Source of the DNA: Mobula hypostoma
Taxonomy: Eukaryota
DNA: 64,000 bases
Assembly (NCBI RefSeq): GCF_963921235.1
Contig: NC_086097.1
Span: 166,844,001 to 166,908,000, forward strand
Direction of reading: 5' to 3'
Under the pieces are notes generated by a model. That model was not told the origin of the DNA. It was given only the letters and a program-made list of their open reading frames with translations, and made no database searches. Shown here piece by piece: positions 38,314 through 49,629 of the stretch (position 1 is its first letter; every line of letters begins with the position of its first letter). The position numbers and the translations under genes were made by a program.

Positions 38314-39974
38314 CTGTGAAGAAAGAAGATATGCATCTTAAGTAAATATGAATATTTTTACTGTAACATAGCATTCTGGTTAGACATACTTGCATTTTAC
38401 ATAGAGCATTAAAACTTGGTTGAAAGTTTCTAGCAGTATAAAACTGGCAATACTGCTAATCTGGCACTAGATATAAAACTGAAACAATAGTTCCTGATCC
38501 AAGTAAAATGACCATAATCTTGATTACAAGCTTTCATCTAACACTCAAAAGCTTCATGAATCAGCTGGAATCCTTTTCTTTGAGGTACTTCCATCTGTTA
38601 TTTTTTCTAGAACCCCACACCAGACAGTATTCCCAACCAATATAGGGCAGTATTGCTAACCGATGGGCAAAGTGCACTGGCAGATTACAACCAAGCAGTA
38701 ACAACATTCCAATGTTCCTCTTGTTTTCCCAATGCCTTGCAGCAGCAGGTTACAGATGAGTATGGAACCATGTTGGGATTTCTGAGAATGTCCTACAAAA
38801 GGCCATTGAAATTCCAACATATTCCCTTCAGCACAAACCTGTTGGAAAGATACAAGTAGTTAATTGCAAACATGTTTGCACCAGACTATTCTAATAGTTC
38901 TTTGACTAGCTCGACCAAAAAAAAATCCTGCTTATTACTTAGTTGTTTGTGGGATCTTGGAGTATAGATGGCTGGCATTAGTGGCACGGCACGTAGTCTT
39001 ATGGGGAAAGGTTGACAAGGTGGACTTGAAGAGAATATTTTCTCTTGAGAAAGAACTGGAACAAGGGGTCAAAGTATACAAATATTTGGTCTCCTAAGTA
39101 AGAGAAGCAGCATTGTTTCACTCTGCAATAGAATCAAAGCCTTTGAATATATATCTTTGATAATCAAGAGGGTGAAAGATTACTAGATAGACAGGAATCA
39201 AGATTTGAGGTTACAGTTAGATCAGCCATGATCTTATTGAATAGAAAAGCAGGCTCAAGAGGCCAAGGGGCCATTTTGTATGTTCACATTACATATTTCT
39301 TTTATACCTTAGATTACAGCAGCAACTGTACTTAATCCATATGGTCCTTCACCAGCTATGAATTAGTTCTGAAGGGTCCAGAGGACATTAGGGTGTGGTA
39401 GAAATGGGAGTTGGCATCACATGTAGAAATAACAATGATATTCCAGGGACAGACACAAATTCTTCTTCATCATATTTTATTACTTAACTGATGCAAAGAA
39501 ATATCTGAACAAGGGGTGGAAGTAGAACACATTTTTTTTTAAATTTTGTATTTATTTATTCAAAAACAGTGCATTGGCTAACATAAGACATACAGCATAA
39601 AGAAACTACTGCCCACCCAGCTGATGCCCGTAGTTATACTGCTCGCTCCAGGTCTCTAGTCATTCTGCATCTACTCTATCAGTATAAAGCTCTGCTCCTT
39701 TCTCCTCATACCTTTGTCAAACATCTCCTTAAATATGTAAAGAATGCAATTATACAAGATATTTCCAATCTTAAGATGCCCCAAAGTACTACACAACCAA
39801 TGGTGTACTCTTTTGAGGGAAATCTAACATCTAATTTGCATGCAGCAGATAACCTTAACAGCCGCTCTGATAATGGCCAGCTAACCCATGTGCTTTAGTG
39901 ATTGCTAGAAAAGGAAAGGTAAATTGGAAAGAAACTAATATATGGCCTCAACTTGCAACAGATAAGAAACCAAT

Positions 39975-40730
39975 CATAAACATGAGAAATTCTGCAGGTG
40001 CTGGAAATCCAAAGTAACACACACAAAATGCTGGAGGAACTCAGCTGGTCAGACAGCATCCATGGAAACAAACAAACAGTTGACATTTTGGGCCGAGACC
40101 CTTCCTCAGCACTGGAAAGGAAGGGGGAAGATGCCAGAATAAAAAGGTTGGGGGAGGGAGGGGAAGGAGGACAAGCTAGAAGGTGGTGGGTGAAGCCAGG
40201 TGAGTAGGAAAGATAAAGGGCTGGAGAGTAAGGATAAATCACAAACACAAGAAAGTCTGCACATGCTGGAAATCCAAAGGAACACACACAAAATGCTGAA
40301 GGAACTCAGCAGGTCAGACAACATCCATGGAAAAGAGTGAACAATTGATATTTCGGCTGAGACCCTTCCTCAGCACTCAAGAAGGGTTTCATCCTGAAAT
40401 GTTGACGTTTGCTCTTCTCCATAACTGCTGCCTGACCTGCTGAGTTCCTCTACCATTCTGTGTGCGTTGCTTTGGAGAGGAAGTAATCTGATAGGAGAGG
40501 AGAGCGAACCATAGGAGAAAGGGATGGAGGAGGAGACTGAAGGAGTGATGATAGGCAGGTGAGAAGAGGTACGAGGCCAGAATGCAGAATGGAAGAAGTG
40601 GGGGAGGAGGGAGAAATTTTTTTTTACCTGAAGGAGAAATGTACATTCATGCCGTCGTTAGAGGCTACCCAGAAAGAATATAAGGTATTGCTCCTCCACC
40701 CTGAGGGTGGCCTCATCGTGGCACAAGAGC
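39975..40730 (-). mobile_element. Penelope-like 3' end interrupted by a nested fold-back pLTR element (40235-40472)
   Basis: Antisense GIY-YIG end at 40630-40730 and pLTR tail at 39975-40112. The nested insert is flanked by tggagagtaagga / tggagaggaagta. Confidence 0.8.
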
Positions 40731-42496
40731 AATAGTTTTGAACAATAACCCAGTGAGAGTACATTGCACGATTCAACTGACCCAACCCTCACAGGAGAAT
40801 GAGTGATGTTCTAAGTTAATATTTCATTCAGTCGCCAAGAGTGAATAGCATTTTCTTGAATATTCAATCATTATGTGAAATCAAGACCTTCACATATATA
40901 TTGCAAATGTTAATAAAGTGCTTGGTTTTAATACAGAAGTAAAAATCAACAGAGCTGGGAGATGAAGCATATTTTTTTTAAAGGAAACCAAAAGAGAACA
41001 AACTGCCCTTCACACTAAAAAGACGTATTCATTTCTCCATCTGTTTTGCAATGTGGACAAATATTGGCAAGATATCTTTCACCCTGTCTGCTGCAAACAC
41101 AGCAATAAAAATAGTATGAGTCATCCACAAACATTCACACAAGATTTCACAGTCCCGTCTGGATAAGATTTCCTTGAGCCCACAGAATAGCAGTGTTATG
41201 CTTAACTACTGAGTCTGCAAAAGAGCTGCACATAACAGTTATTGTGCACGAGCTCAGGCTCTGTTGTGCTTAACATATTCTGCTCCTATCGCCCATTCTC
41301 CAAGTGCTTCCCCATGGAGTGCTCTCCTCTCCACTGTTGCTAAATTGAAGTTATTCATGATGGTAATGGATAAGGAAATTATTGGCTGCTTATTCCCACA
41401 TGCATTTCCGAGTCATAGAGCAGCATTTCTGGCTAGATAAGGAATAGGGAGTATGTGTCATGGAAGCCCTTGAATTTTATATTTCAGTCATGACTAATAT
41501 CCAAACCATTGAAATGCATTCCAAGAAATAGAAAATATAGTTTTCAGGGAGGGTAAACTGAAAAGTTCAAGTTTAATTGTCATTTAACCATACAATGAAT
41601 GCAGTCAAACAAAACAGGTCTCCTCCAGGGCCAAGGTGTAAAACATAGTACCAACAATCAGACACAACATATACAGCACACACAGAACATATAGAAAATT
41701 AACACATCTAAAAAAATCCACAGTAAATCAAACTATTGTTTCATGATATGTTAAATTTTGGCTTTGCTTATCACCTGTTTTGAATTAGTGTAAATGGAGG
41801 AAATTCATGTGTTGAATTGGAGATGCAGCCATTATAAAACGTTGAACTGCATTTCATGGCAAGGGTCAAGAGAGAAGAGTAAAAAAAACTAAAGAAATTC
41901 ATCAAAGCACAATTGTGTGCAAAGCCAACTGGTGCCTAAGTTTGATTCCTGGCATTTGTTTCACATCTCAACTGTTGACTACTTCTAAGGTGAAGATTGA
42001 AATAGATACCCCTCATGGACTGAGTCTACATTCTCCAGTGAGCGTGGTCAGTTCACATCACAACATTGCCACTTTACTTGCGTGATTGACTCAGAACTTA
42101 CTAAGAAACAGAAAAACCTTTGTAAGACTTTGATTATATTTGCTGTTGTAGTACACAGCATGTAGAAATGGCAAATTTCCAGAATGCATTCAGTAAAAGT
42201 TCTCTGATGGGGGTAATCTTAATTTAGGACACCAAGTGGGAATCTTATTTGGTAAGACCATTTTGTGGCCTTGAACCACTGCAATCCTTCTGGTGAAAAC
42301 CTTCCATAGTGTCATTGAGTGAGGAGTTCCAGGATTCAGACCCAGCAATGATCAAGGATCAATGGTATAACTTCACGTCAGGATATGTAACAAGAACATT
42401 GAGGTTGCAGAGTTCCAATGATTCTGGATTGTGATGGAGGGAGAATCACAACGTCAATACCTTTTAATATCAAGGGTTGGCTCCACTGTTTGAGAT

Positions 42497-42965
42497 AACC
42501 ATATATAATCATATAACAATTACAGCACGGAAACGGGCCATCTCGGCCCTTCTAGTCCGTGCCGTACTCTTACCCTCACCTAGTCCCACCGACCTGCACT
42601 CAGCCCATAACCCTCCATTCCTTTCCTGTCTATATATCTATCCAATTTAACTTTAAACGACAACATCGAACCTGCCTCAACCACTTCTGCTGGAAGCTCG
42701 TTCCACACAGCTACCACTCTCTGAGTAAAGAAGTTCCTCCTCATGTTACCCCTAAACTTTTGCCCTTTAACTCTCAACCCATGCCCTCTTGTTTGAGTCT
42801 CCCCCACTCTCAATGGAAAAAGCTTATCCACGTCAACTCTATCTATCCCCCTTATAATTTTAAATACCTCTAGCAAGTCCCCCCTCAACCTTCTACACTC
42901 CAAAGAATAAAGACCCAACTTGTTCAACCTTTCTCTGTAACTTAGGTGATGAAACCCAGGTACTC
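42497..42965 (-). mobile_element. CR1 LINE 3' end (young)
   Basis: LNKLGLYSLECRRLRGDLLEVFKIIRGIDRVD..TRGHGLRV..FFTQRVVAVWNELP; (ATATGGTTAT)-type tail. Confidence 0.95.
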
Positions 42966-43106
42966 CAAAATCCTAGATAGTAATTGTTTAGCACTTTTGC
43001 GGCACAAGCATTACTTACCAATTATAATGAATTTTAGCAAGAAAGTGACTGTAACTTGCTAAGAAGTTGCAAATGGAACTGAACAACTGAACAATTGTTG
43101 AACATC

Positions 43107-43202
43107 AAGCAACACACATAAGAGTTGCTGGTGAACGCAGCAGGCCAGGCAGCATCTCGAGGAAGAGGTACAGTCGACATTTCGCGCTGAGACCCTTCGT
43201 CA
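43107..43202 (-). mobile_element. Approximately 96-bp mini element: hammerhead motif plus pLTR tail
   Basis: Flanked by direct repeat gaacatc (43100-43106, 43203-43209). Minus strand reads CTGACGA-A-GGGTCTCAGCGC-GAAATGTC-GACTG. Confidence 0.7.
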
Positions 43203-43559
43203 GAACATCTGCACTTCAAACCTTATGATGGACAAAACGTTATTGATGAAGCTACTGAAGGTAGTTTATCTTCATCCATAACTTGAGAAACTCCTGCAGA
43301 GATCTCCTGGGACCAGGATGATTTACCTATGACAACCATAGCCATCTTCCTTCGTGAAGAGTACAACTTTAATCATGGTAAAATTTCCTCCCTGATAGCT
43401 ATTTATTTCAGTTTTACTTTTCCATTATAGAAAATAAAAAGGTGAGAGGACAAGCTGTTTAAACAATTTAAATAATTCCTTGGGTTGACACAAAGTGACT
43501 AATTTTTTTGTAGACAAATCTCAAAGGTACAGTTGTGTGGATAATAGATTATTCAGCCC

Positions 43560-44705
43560 ACCACATTACATATATTGCTATTTTTTTTAACCCAAACACA
43601 GTAATCCCATTTGCCCATATTAGGACTATATTCAGTGCTGCCTTGACTATTTGTCAATTTATACGTCCCTTAAAGCAGTGATTACATCTGACTCCATCAC
43701 CTCCACAAATCAACTGCTCAGTGCAAATTTAAACGCAAACAACAGGAATTCTGCAGATGCTGGAAATTCAAGCAACATACATCAAAGTTGCTGGTGAACG
43801 CAGCAGGCCAAGCAGCATCTATAGGAAGAGGCGCAGTGAACGTCAACTGCGCCTCTTCCTATAGATGCTGCTTGGCCTGCTGCGTTCACCAGCAACTTTG
43901 ATGTATGTTGCTCAGTGTAAAACAATTTTTCCTCAGTTCCTCTTTCAAATTCCTTTCTCTCACCTTAAAACTATGTCCTCATATTCCTGATACCTCTTCC
44001 AAGGGTAAAAAAATTATTATGATCTACCTCACCTTTGCCTGTTATAATTTTATGCATCTTAGTCAAGTCGCCTCAAAGATTTTTTGCTCCAGGTACACAC
44101 TCTCTCTCTCTCTCTCTCTCTCTAAAAAGAGTTATTCATTCTAAGCTACATCCTAGTGAATCTCCTCTGCTTTCTCTCAAGCACAAACTTATCCTTCCTC
44201 TTGGGTGATGACCAGAATAAATGCAATACTCCATGTGCTTTAGCATAACTTCTCAACTTGTGTTGACATTTTCAAGTATTGATGAACTTGAACCCTAAGG
44301 TCACTCTATTCAACAACATTTCTTCATGTCTTACCATTCACTGCATAAGTCCTACCAATGTATTGTCTCATACTTATCAGGATTAATTTCCATCTGCCAA
44401 CACTCAGCCCAACTCATTTCAGCTTTAGACAACCTTCCACACTATCCACAACACTCCCAATTTTCATGTAATCCAATAATTTATTAATTGTACCTCCTAG
44501 GTTCATATCCAAATCATCAATATATACCACAAACAACAAGATCCAGCTTGATCCCTGTGGTATCCCAATGGTCACAAGCTTCCTATCAGTAAAACAATCT
44601 TCCACCACTATCCCATGTCTCCAAATTCTCAATCCAGCAGCTAACCTTGGATTCCATGTGCCTTAATCCTCTGGATTATCCAGTATGTAGTACCTTGTCA
44701 AGTCC
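43560..44705 (-). mobile_element. Old CR1 LINE 3' fragment (host of the 43731-43912 insert)
   Basis: Minus ORF VTIGIPQGSSWILLFVVYIDDLDMNL..KIGSVVDSVEGC. Confidence 0.8.
43731..43912. mobile_element. Fold-back Penelope pLTR element with perfect 67-bp arms
   Basis: Arm 43771-43837 is the reverse complement of 43846-43912; flanked by tgctcagtgcaaa / tgctcagtgtaaa. Confidence 0.9.
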
Positions 44706-44710
44706 CAAAT

Positions 44711-45827
44711 GACATCTCCCCCATTTCACGCACATCTGCTCTCACTCCATCCTCCCGCCACCCCACTAGGAATAGGGTTCCCCTTGTCCTCACCTACCAC
44801 CCCACCAGCCTCCGGGTCCAACATATTATTCTCCGTAACTTCCGCCACCTCCAACAGGATCCTACCACTAAGCACATCTTTCACTCCCCCTCTCTGCTTT
44901 CCGCAGGGATCACTCCCTACGCGACTCCCTTATCCATTTGTCTCCCCCATCCCTCCACACCGATCTCCCTCCTGGTGCTTATCCTTGTAAGCGGAACAAT
45001 TGCTACACATGCCCTTACACTTCCTCCCTTACCACCATTCAGGGCCCCAAACAGTCCTTCCAGGTGAGGCGACACTTCACCTGTGAGTCAGCTGGGGTGA
45101 TATACTGTGTTCGGTGTTCCCGATGTGGCCTTTTATATTTTGGCGAGACCCGACGCAGACTGGGAGATCGTTTCTCTGAACACCTACGCCCTGTCCACCA
45201 GAGAAAGCAGGATCTCCCAGTGGCCATAGTTTTTAATTCAACGTCCCATTCCCATTCTGATATGTCTATCCACGGCCTCCACTACTGTAAAGATGAAGCC
45301 ACACTCAGGTTGGAAGAACAACACCTTATATTCCGTCTGGGTAGCCTCCAACCTGATGGCATGAACATTGACTTCTCAAACTTCCGCTAATACCCCACCT
45401 CCCCCTCGTACCCCATCCGTCATTTATTTATATACACACATTCTTTTTCTGTCTGTCCTTTTTTTTTCCCTCTGTCCCTCTCACTATACCCCTTGCCCAT
45501 TCTCTGGGTTTCCCCCCTCCCCCTTTTCTTTCTCCCTAGGCCTCCTGTCCCATGATCCTCTCATATCCCTTTTGCCAATCAACTGTCCAGCTCTTGGCTC
45601 CATTCCTCCCCCTCCTGTCTTCTCCTATCATTTTGGATCTCCCCCTCCCCCTCCCACTTTCAAATCTCTTTCTAGCTCTTCTTTCAGTTAGTCCTGACGA
45701 AGGGTCTCGGCCCGAAACGTCGACAGTACCTCTTCCTAGAGATGCTGCCTGGCCTGCTGTGTTCACCAGCAACTTTGATGTGTGTGGCTTGAATTTCCGG
45801 CATCTGCAGATTTCCTTGTGTTTGCGT
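44711..45827 (+). mobile_element. Young Penelope-like element, 5'-truncated: intact GIY-YIG endonuclease domain and pseudo-LTR
   Basis: PGAYPCKRNNCYTC..FTCESAGVIYCVRCSRCGLLYFGETRRRLGDRFSEH..EEQHLIFRLGSLQPDGMNIDFSNFR* (ORF 44938-45390); hammerhead at 45691-45724. Confidence 0.95.
45691..45724 (+). ncRNA. Putative minimal type I hammerhead ribozyme (best-preserved core)
   Basis: GTC-CTGACGA-A-GGGT-CTCG-GCCC-GAAA-CG-TC-GAC. All core nucleotides are present, stem III is the palindrome ACGT, and predicted cleavage is after C45721. Confidence 0.75.
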
Positions 45828-46293
45828 ATACAATTAGAAGTGACATTTTTGATCCTTCGGTTAAATTTGAAGAGACCTGGAAGCCATTTATTCAACATTT
45901 TCATATGATGTTAAATTGACTTTTTCCGAATCCTTCTTATTAACTTAAAATATATGAATAGAGGAGTGGAGTTGACGATATTATTGAATGTATTCCATTC
46001 AAGATACTGGTCCAGCCTTGTTTTGTTCCATTTGCTTTCTTTTTGGGTTTGTATTTAGTTTTATTTTTTTGTTTTCTTTGGGGGGGAGGTTTCTTTGCAT
46101 TATTTTTTTCTTTTTATTTCTTTTTTCTTTATGATTAACTATATTAAGAGTTTGGAAGTCTATTACACCTGTATTATTTGAAGTCTTTTTGTACATGTTT
46201 ATCAACAATAAAATAATTCCAATCTCTGTATCAATATTGTTATTCTGTTTATAATTTTGGAAAATTAGTAAAAAGATTTAAAAAGAAAAGAAA
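45828..46293 (+). mobile_element. L1/Tx1-like LINE extreme 3' end
   Basis: IRSDIFDPSVKFEETWKPFIQHF resembles the fish L1 ORF2 terminal KF.K.W.PF motif; T-rich UTR and A-rich tail follow. Confidence 0.55.
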
Positions 46294-46299
46294 CCTCAC

Positions 46300-47330
46300 A
46301 TACTTTTCTTGACCTCATGCACAGATTACCCCACGGATCCCCAAAAAGACTAAATCTTTCCGTGACTACACACTTTCTTTGAGATACAGAACGTATTGGG
46401 ATTCACCTTACCCTTTCTTGCCAGTGATTTCTTTTTGCCCGCCTAATTTCTTTCTTCAATTCTCTCTATAGTCATAGAACATAGAACAGTACAGCATAGT
46501 TTAGGCCCTCCAGCCCAAAATGCTTTGCCGAACTGTTGCTAGTGCTGAACTAATCCTGTCAAAGGGATTCGGCCCAATACGTCAGCTGTACTCTCCATCA
46601 TTCTGTGTGTGTTGCTTGGATTTCCAGCACCTGGAGATTTTCTCTTGTTTTTGTTGTTAATTCCTCAATAGATGCCCTCAATCCCAGTTGCCTATCCCGG
46701 CCATGTCCTTCCTTTCCATCAAGCCTTCAATATCCTTTGTCATCCAAGGTTTGCTAACGTTGCCACCTTTGTCTATCATTTTGGCAGAAGAGCTCTCACC
46801 CGATTCTCCTTTAAAGGACTTCCAAATGTCTGTTGTCATTTTACCTGCAAGTATCTGTTATGAATCTACTTTCAACAGGCCCTCTCATGCTATAGAGTTC
46901 AGTCTTTCCCCAATTCAAGACAACTTGAGGACCAATTTATCCCTTTCCATAACCACCCTGAAGCTTACAGAATGAAAGTCACTGTTCCCAAAGCGTTCCC
47001 TCGCAGACACTTCATTTCCCAGTTTCACTGGGGAGTCAACATGCAAGAGTGTTGTCTAGCAACACACAGGTTGAGTACAGCCCATCTTCAGTGAGACTGT
47101 CTCAGAAAACTTCCTTGGAAGCAATTAGCAAATTCCAACTCATCTGAGTCCCTTGCACTATGGTAATACAAATCAATGTTGAGAAAGTTAACCTCCCCCA
47201 CCTACTATTGTAACCATATTGATGTTTCTACGATTTGCCTACATATCTGTTCCTCTAATTCACACCGACTGTTGGGGGCCTGTAGCACAATCCCAGTAAA
47301 GGGATTGCCACTCTTTTATTCCTCAATTGA
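46300..47330 (-). mobile_element. Highly decayed CR1 endonuclease/tether fragment with small inserts
   Basis: Antisense similarity to 32100-32900 (e.g. gagaaagttaacctccccc is the antisense of a GD.NF-type motif). Confidence 0.5.
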
Positions 47331-47369
47331 AGTCAGAGAGTTATGTAGCATTGACGGGTTGGTTTAATT

Positions 47370-47730
47370 ACCTTAGAAACTGCTGATCTCCTGAGTTTTT
47401 CACGTACAGCCGTCTCTAGCATCAGAGAATCGCATGACAAACACCACACATCAAGTGAGCAGCAGTTCTGTTGTTGAAAATGCCTTGTTAATGAGAGAGG
47501 TCAAAGGAGAATAGCCAGACTTCCTGTCAGGTTGAATGGTCAGAATGGCCATTCAATGTGACAGGAAGGTGACAGTAACTGAAACATCCATGCGAAAGAG
47601 CATCTCTGAACACACAACACATTGAATCCTGAAGTGGCTGGGCTACAGAAGAAGACCATGAACATACAATACAGTCAGTGGCCACATTATTAGGTACCTC
47701 CTGTGCCTAATGAAGTGGCTACTGAGTGTA
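47370..47730. mobile_element. Tc1/mariner-derived non-autonomous fragment
   Basis: End cagtggccacattattaggtac...gtgcctaatgaagtggctactgagtg-ta resembles a CACTCAGTGGCCACTTTATTAGGTAC Tc1-type TIR followed by TA. Confidence 0.55.
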
Positions 47731-48582
47731 TAATTTCCTCAACTTGCACTCGTGTTATGTTTACTTTTGTTTATTTTCTTTTGTAAATTGTGTTTAATAT
47801 ATATTTGCTTGAGATTGTGATTTACATTTGTCATGTTTGTAACGTGCTCAGCTGTTGCTGCAAAAAACTAATTCTTATGGCAAAAACTGTGTACATTCAC
47901 CTTGTCTATGCCCCTCAATTTTACATACCTTTCTAAATCACCCTTTGACATTGATTAGTCCAAGTTAAATTCCACAGCTGCTACAAGGGGATTCAATGGC
48001 TACGAGATACAAGTCCAATATTTTGCCATTGCATCCTTGTTGGGGCTACACTCATGGGAAAAGATTTTTAAAAAATCCCACAAGTCTGTAGACAACTCAG
48101 TGACATAGTCACCTGCCGACCCGTTGTACTGAGCTTGAATGGGAGGCAAATAACTGGACTGTGTTCTGCCCAGTGACCTCTTTGTTTTCTACCTGTCTCT
48201 GCAAAAGACTCTATACAGGAAAAAACAATTCAGCAGAAAACATGGGAAACTGATCAAAGCATGCTGAGGGTCTTCTTAATAACAATTAACTTTACAATTA
48301 TCTTTTCCCCTAACAGGTTAATAATTATCAACTGCTACTGTGCGTCGCCCAGTTTTTAACTCTAACTTTCTGCTCCTTTTGTTTCTACAGTTATAAAAGC
48401 CAAATTCAGTTTGGAACCATAACATCATAGCCCCGTACAACATAGCAATAGGCCTTTTGGCCCATTCAGACCAAGATATTCTGTATATTCAAGTTAATTC
48501 TATTTTCCAGCACTTGATCCGTAGGCCTCTAAACTCTTGTCATTTATATATCTGTCCATATAGTTCGTAACTGTATCTAATA

Positions 48583-49111
48583 CAGACAACCCACCCTGCA
48601 AACACTCATTTCAGGGAGGTAGCACCATCAATTTGCGGGAGACTTCCGGGAGAGGTGGGATGTCTGCAATAGAGTAGCTCCTTAGCAGCTAGCCAGCTAG
48701 TTTAAATAACGTTAGCTATGTTAATGAACGAATGACAGCTGTAAAACTCATCTCAACACGTCTTTTACAGTCTTAACCCACCATGGGCAATAGAAAAGTC
48801 ATTGTTGCAAACAGTGCAGCGAGCAACACTGTCATTATTTTGACCCATTAGGCGGGGGTACACCTTACTGTAGTCTGGGGTGACGTACGTTTTATATATT
48901 TTTTTGGAACACTCTGCCATGGCGTGCTCTCTCTCTCTCTCGTGGTTGCTCTCTCTCGCTCGCGTGCTCTTGCTTGCTTGTGCTCTTGCTTTCTCTCGCT
49001 CGCTCTCAAAAAAATTGATTTCCGTGATATTGTATATAATTTGTGGGCATCAGGGAGCCACTATTAATATGCGGGAGACTTCCGGAACTTCTGGGAGAGG
49101 TGGGATGTGTG
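48583..49111 (-). mobile_element. Non-autonomous TIR DNA transposon, second copy of 11328-11920
   Basis: CAGACAACCCACC...GGTGGGATGTGTG termini; perfect 6-bp TSD ctaata (48577-48582, 49112-49117). Confidence 0.88.
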
Positions 49112-49629
49112 CTAATATACCTGACTCAACCACTTCCACTCTCTGCTGGTTTATGAGCTAACACAGCAGCAATTTTCACTATTTTATTCAGTTTAAAATG
49201 AATGTTGTCAATACTTGAAAAGATAGGAAAGAAATCTGGCACTTATAGCTCCTCCAGAAAGAGACTCCGTATTTTTGTTCTCCAGATATGCAGATAATGA
49301 TTTGAAGATGAGTTTTCTGCGGATTTGAACTCATTGGGAAAGAGAAATCAGTAATATAAAATCTTGCAATGGACAAAGAAAACTCCTAGCCTACAGGTAA
49401 CTACAGCATGCCTGAATCTCCTCAAGCTTTCACCCACCTCGTCAGTCTTTGAATCCAAACACATCTTGGCTCTGTGCTCACAATAAAGGGCCTTATACAT
49501 GAATTTCCTGCAATAAAGTTGGTTCAAAACAGATGTAAAACTTTAAAAGTTCAGCAAAAAATGAAGTAATGTTTTATGGTACAGTATTTCAATATGACTT
49601 AATTTGCGCTATTTTAAGGTTAAGTCACA

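Noticed and set aside
45368..45908. ORFs of 107-122 aa after the GIY-YIG domain
   Set aside because: They overlap the pyrimidine-rich pseudo-LTR; similar spurious ORFs recur at every pLTR copy.
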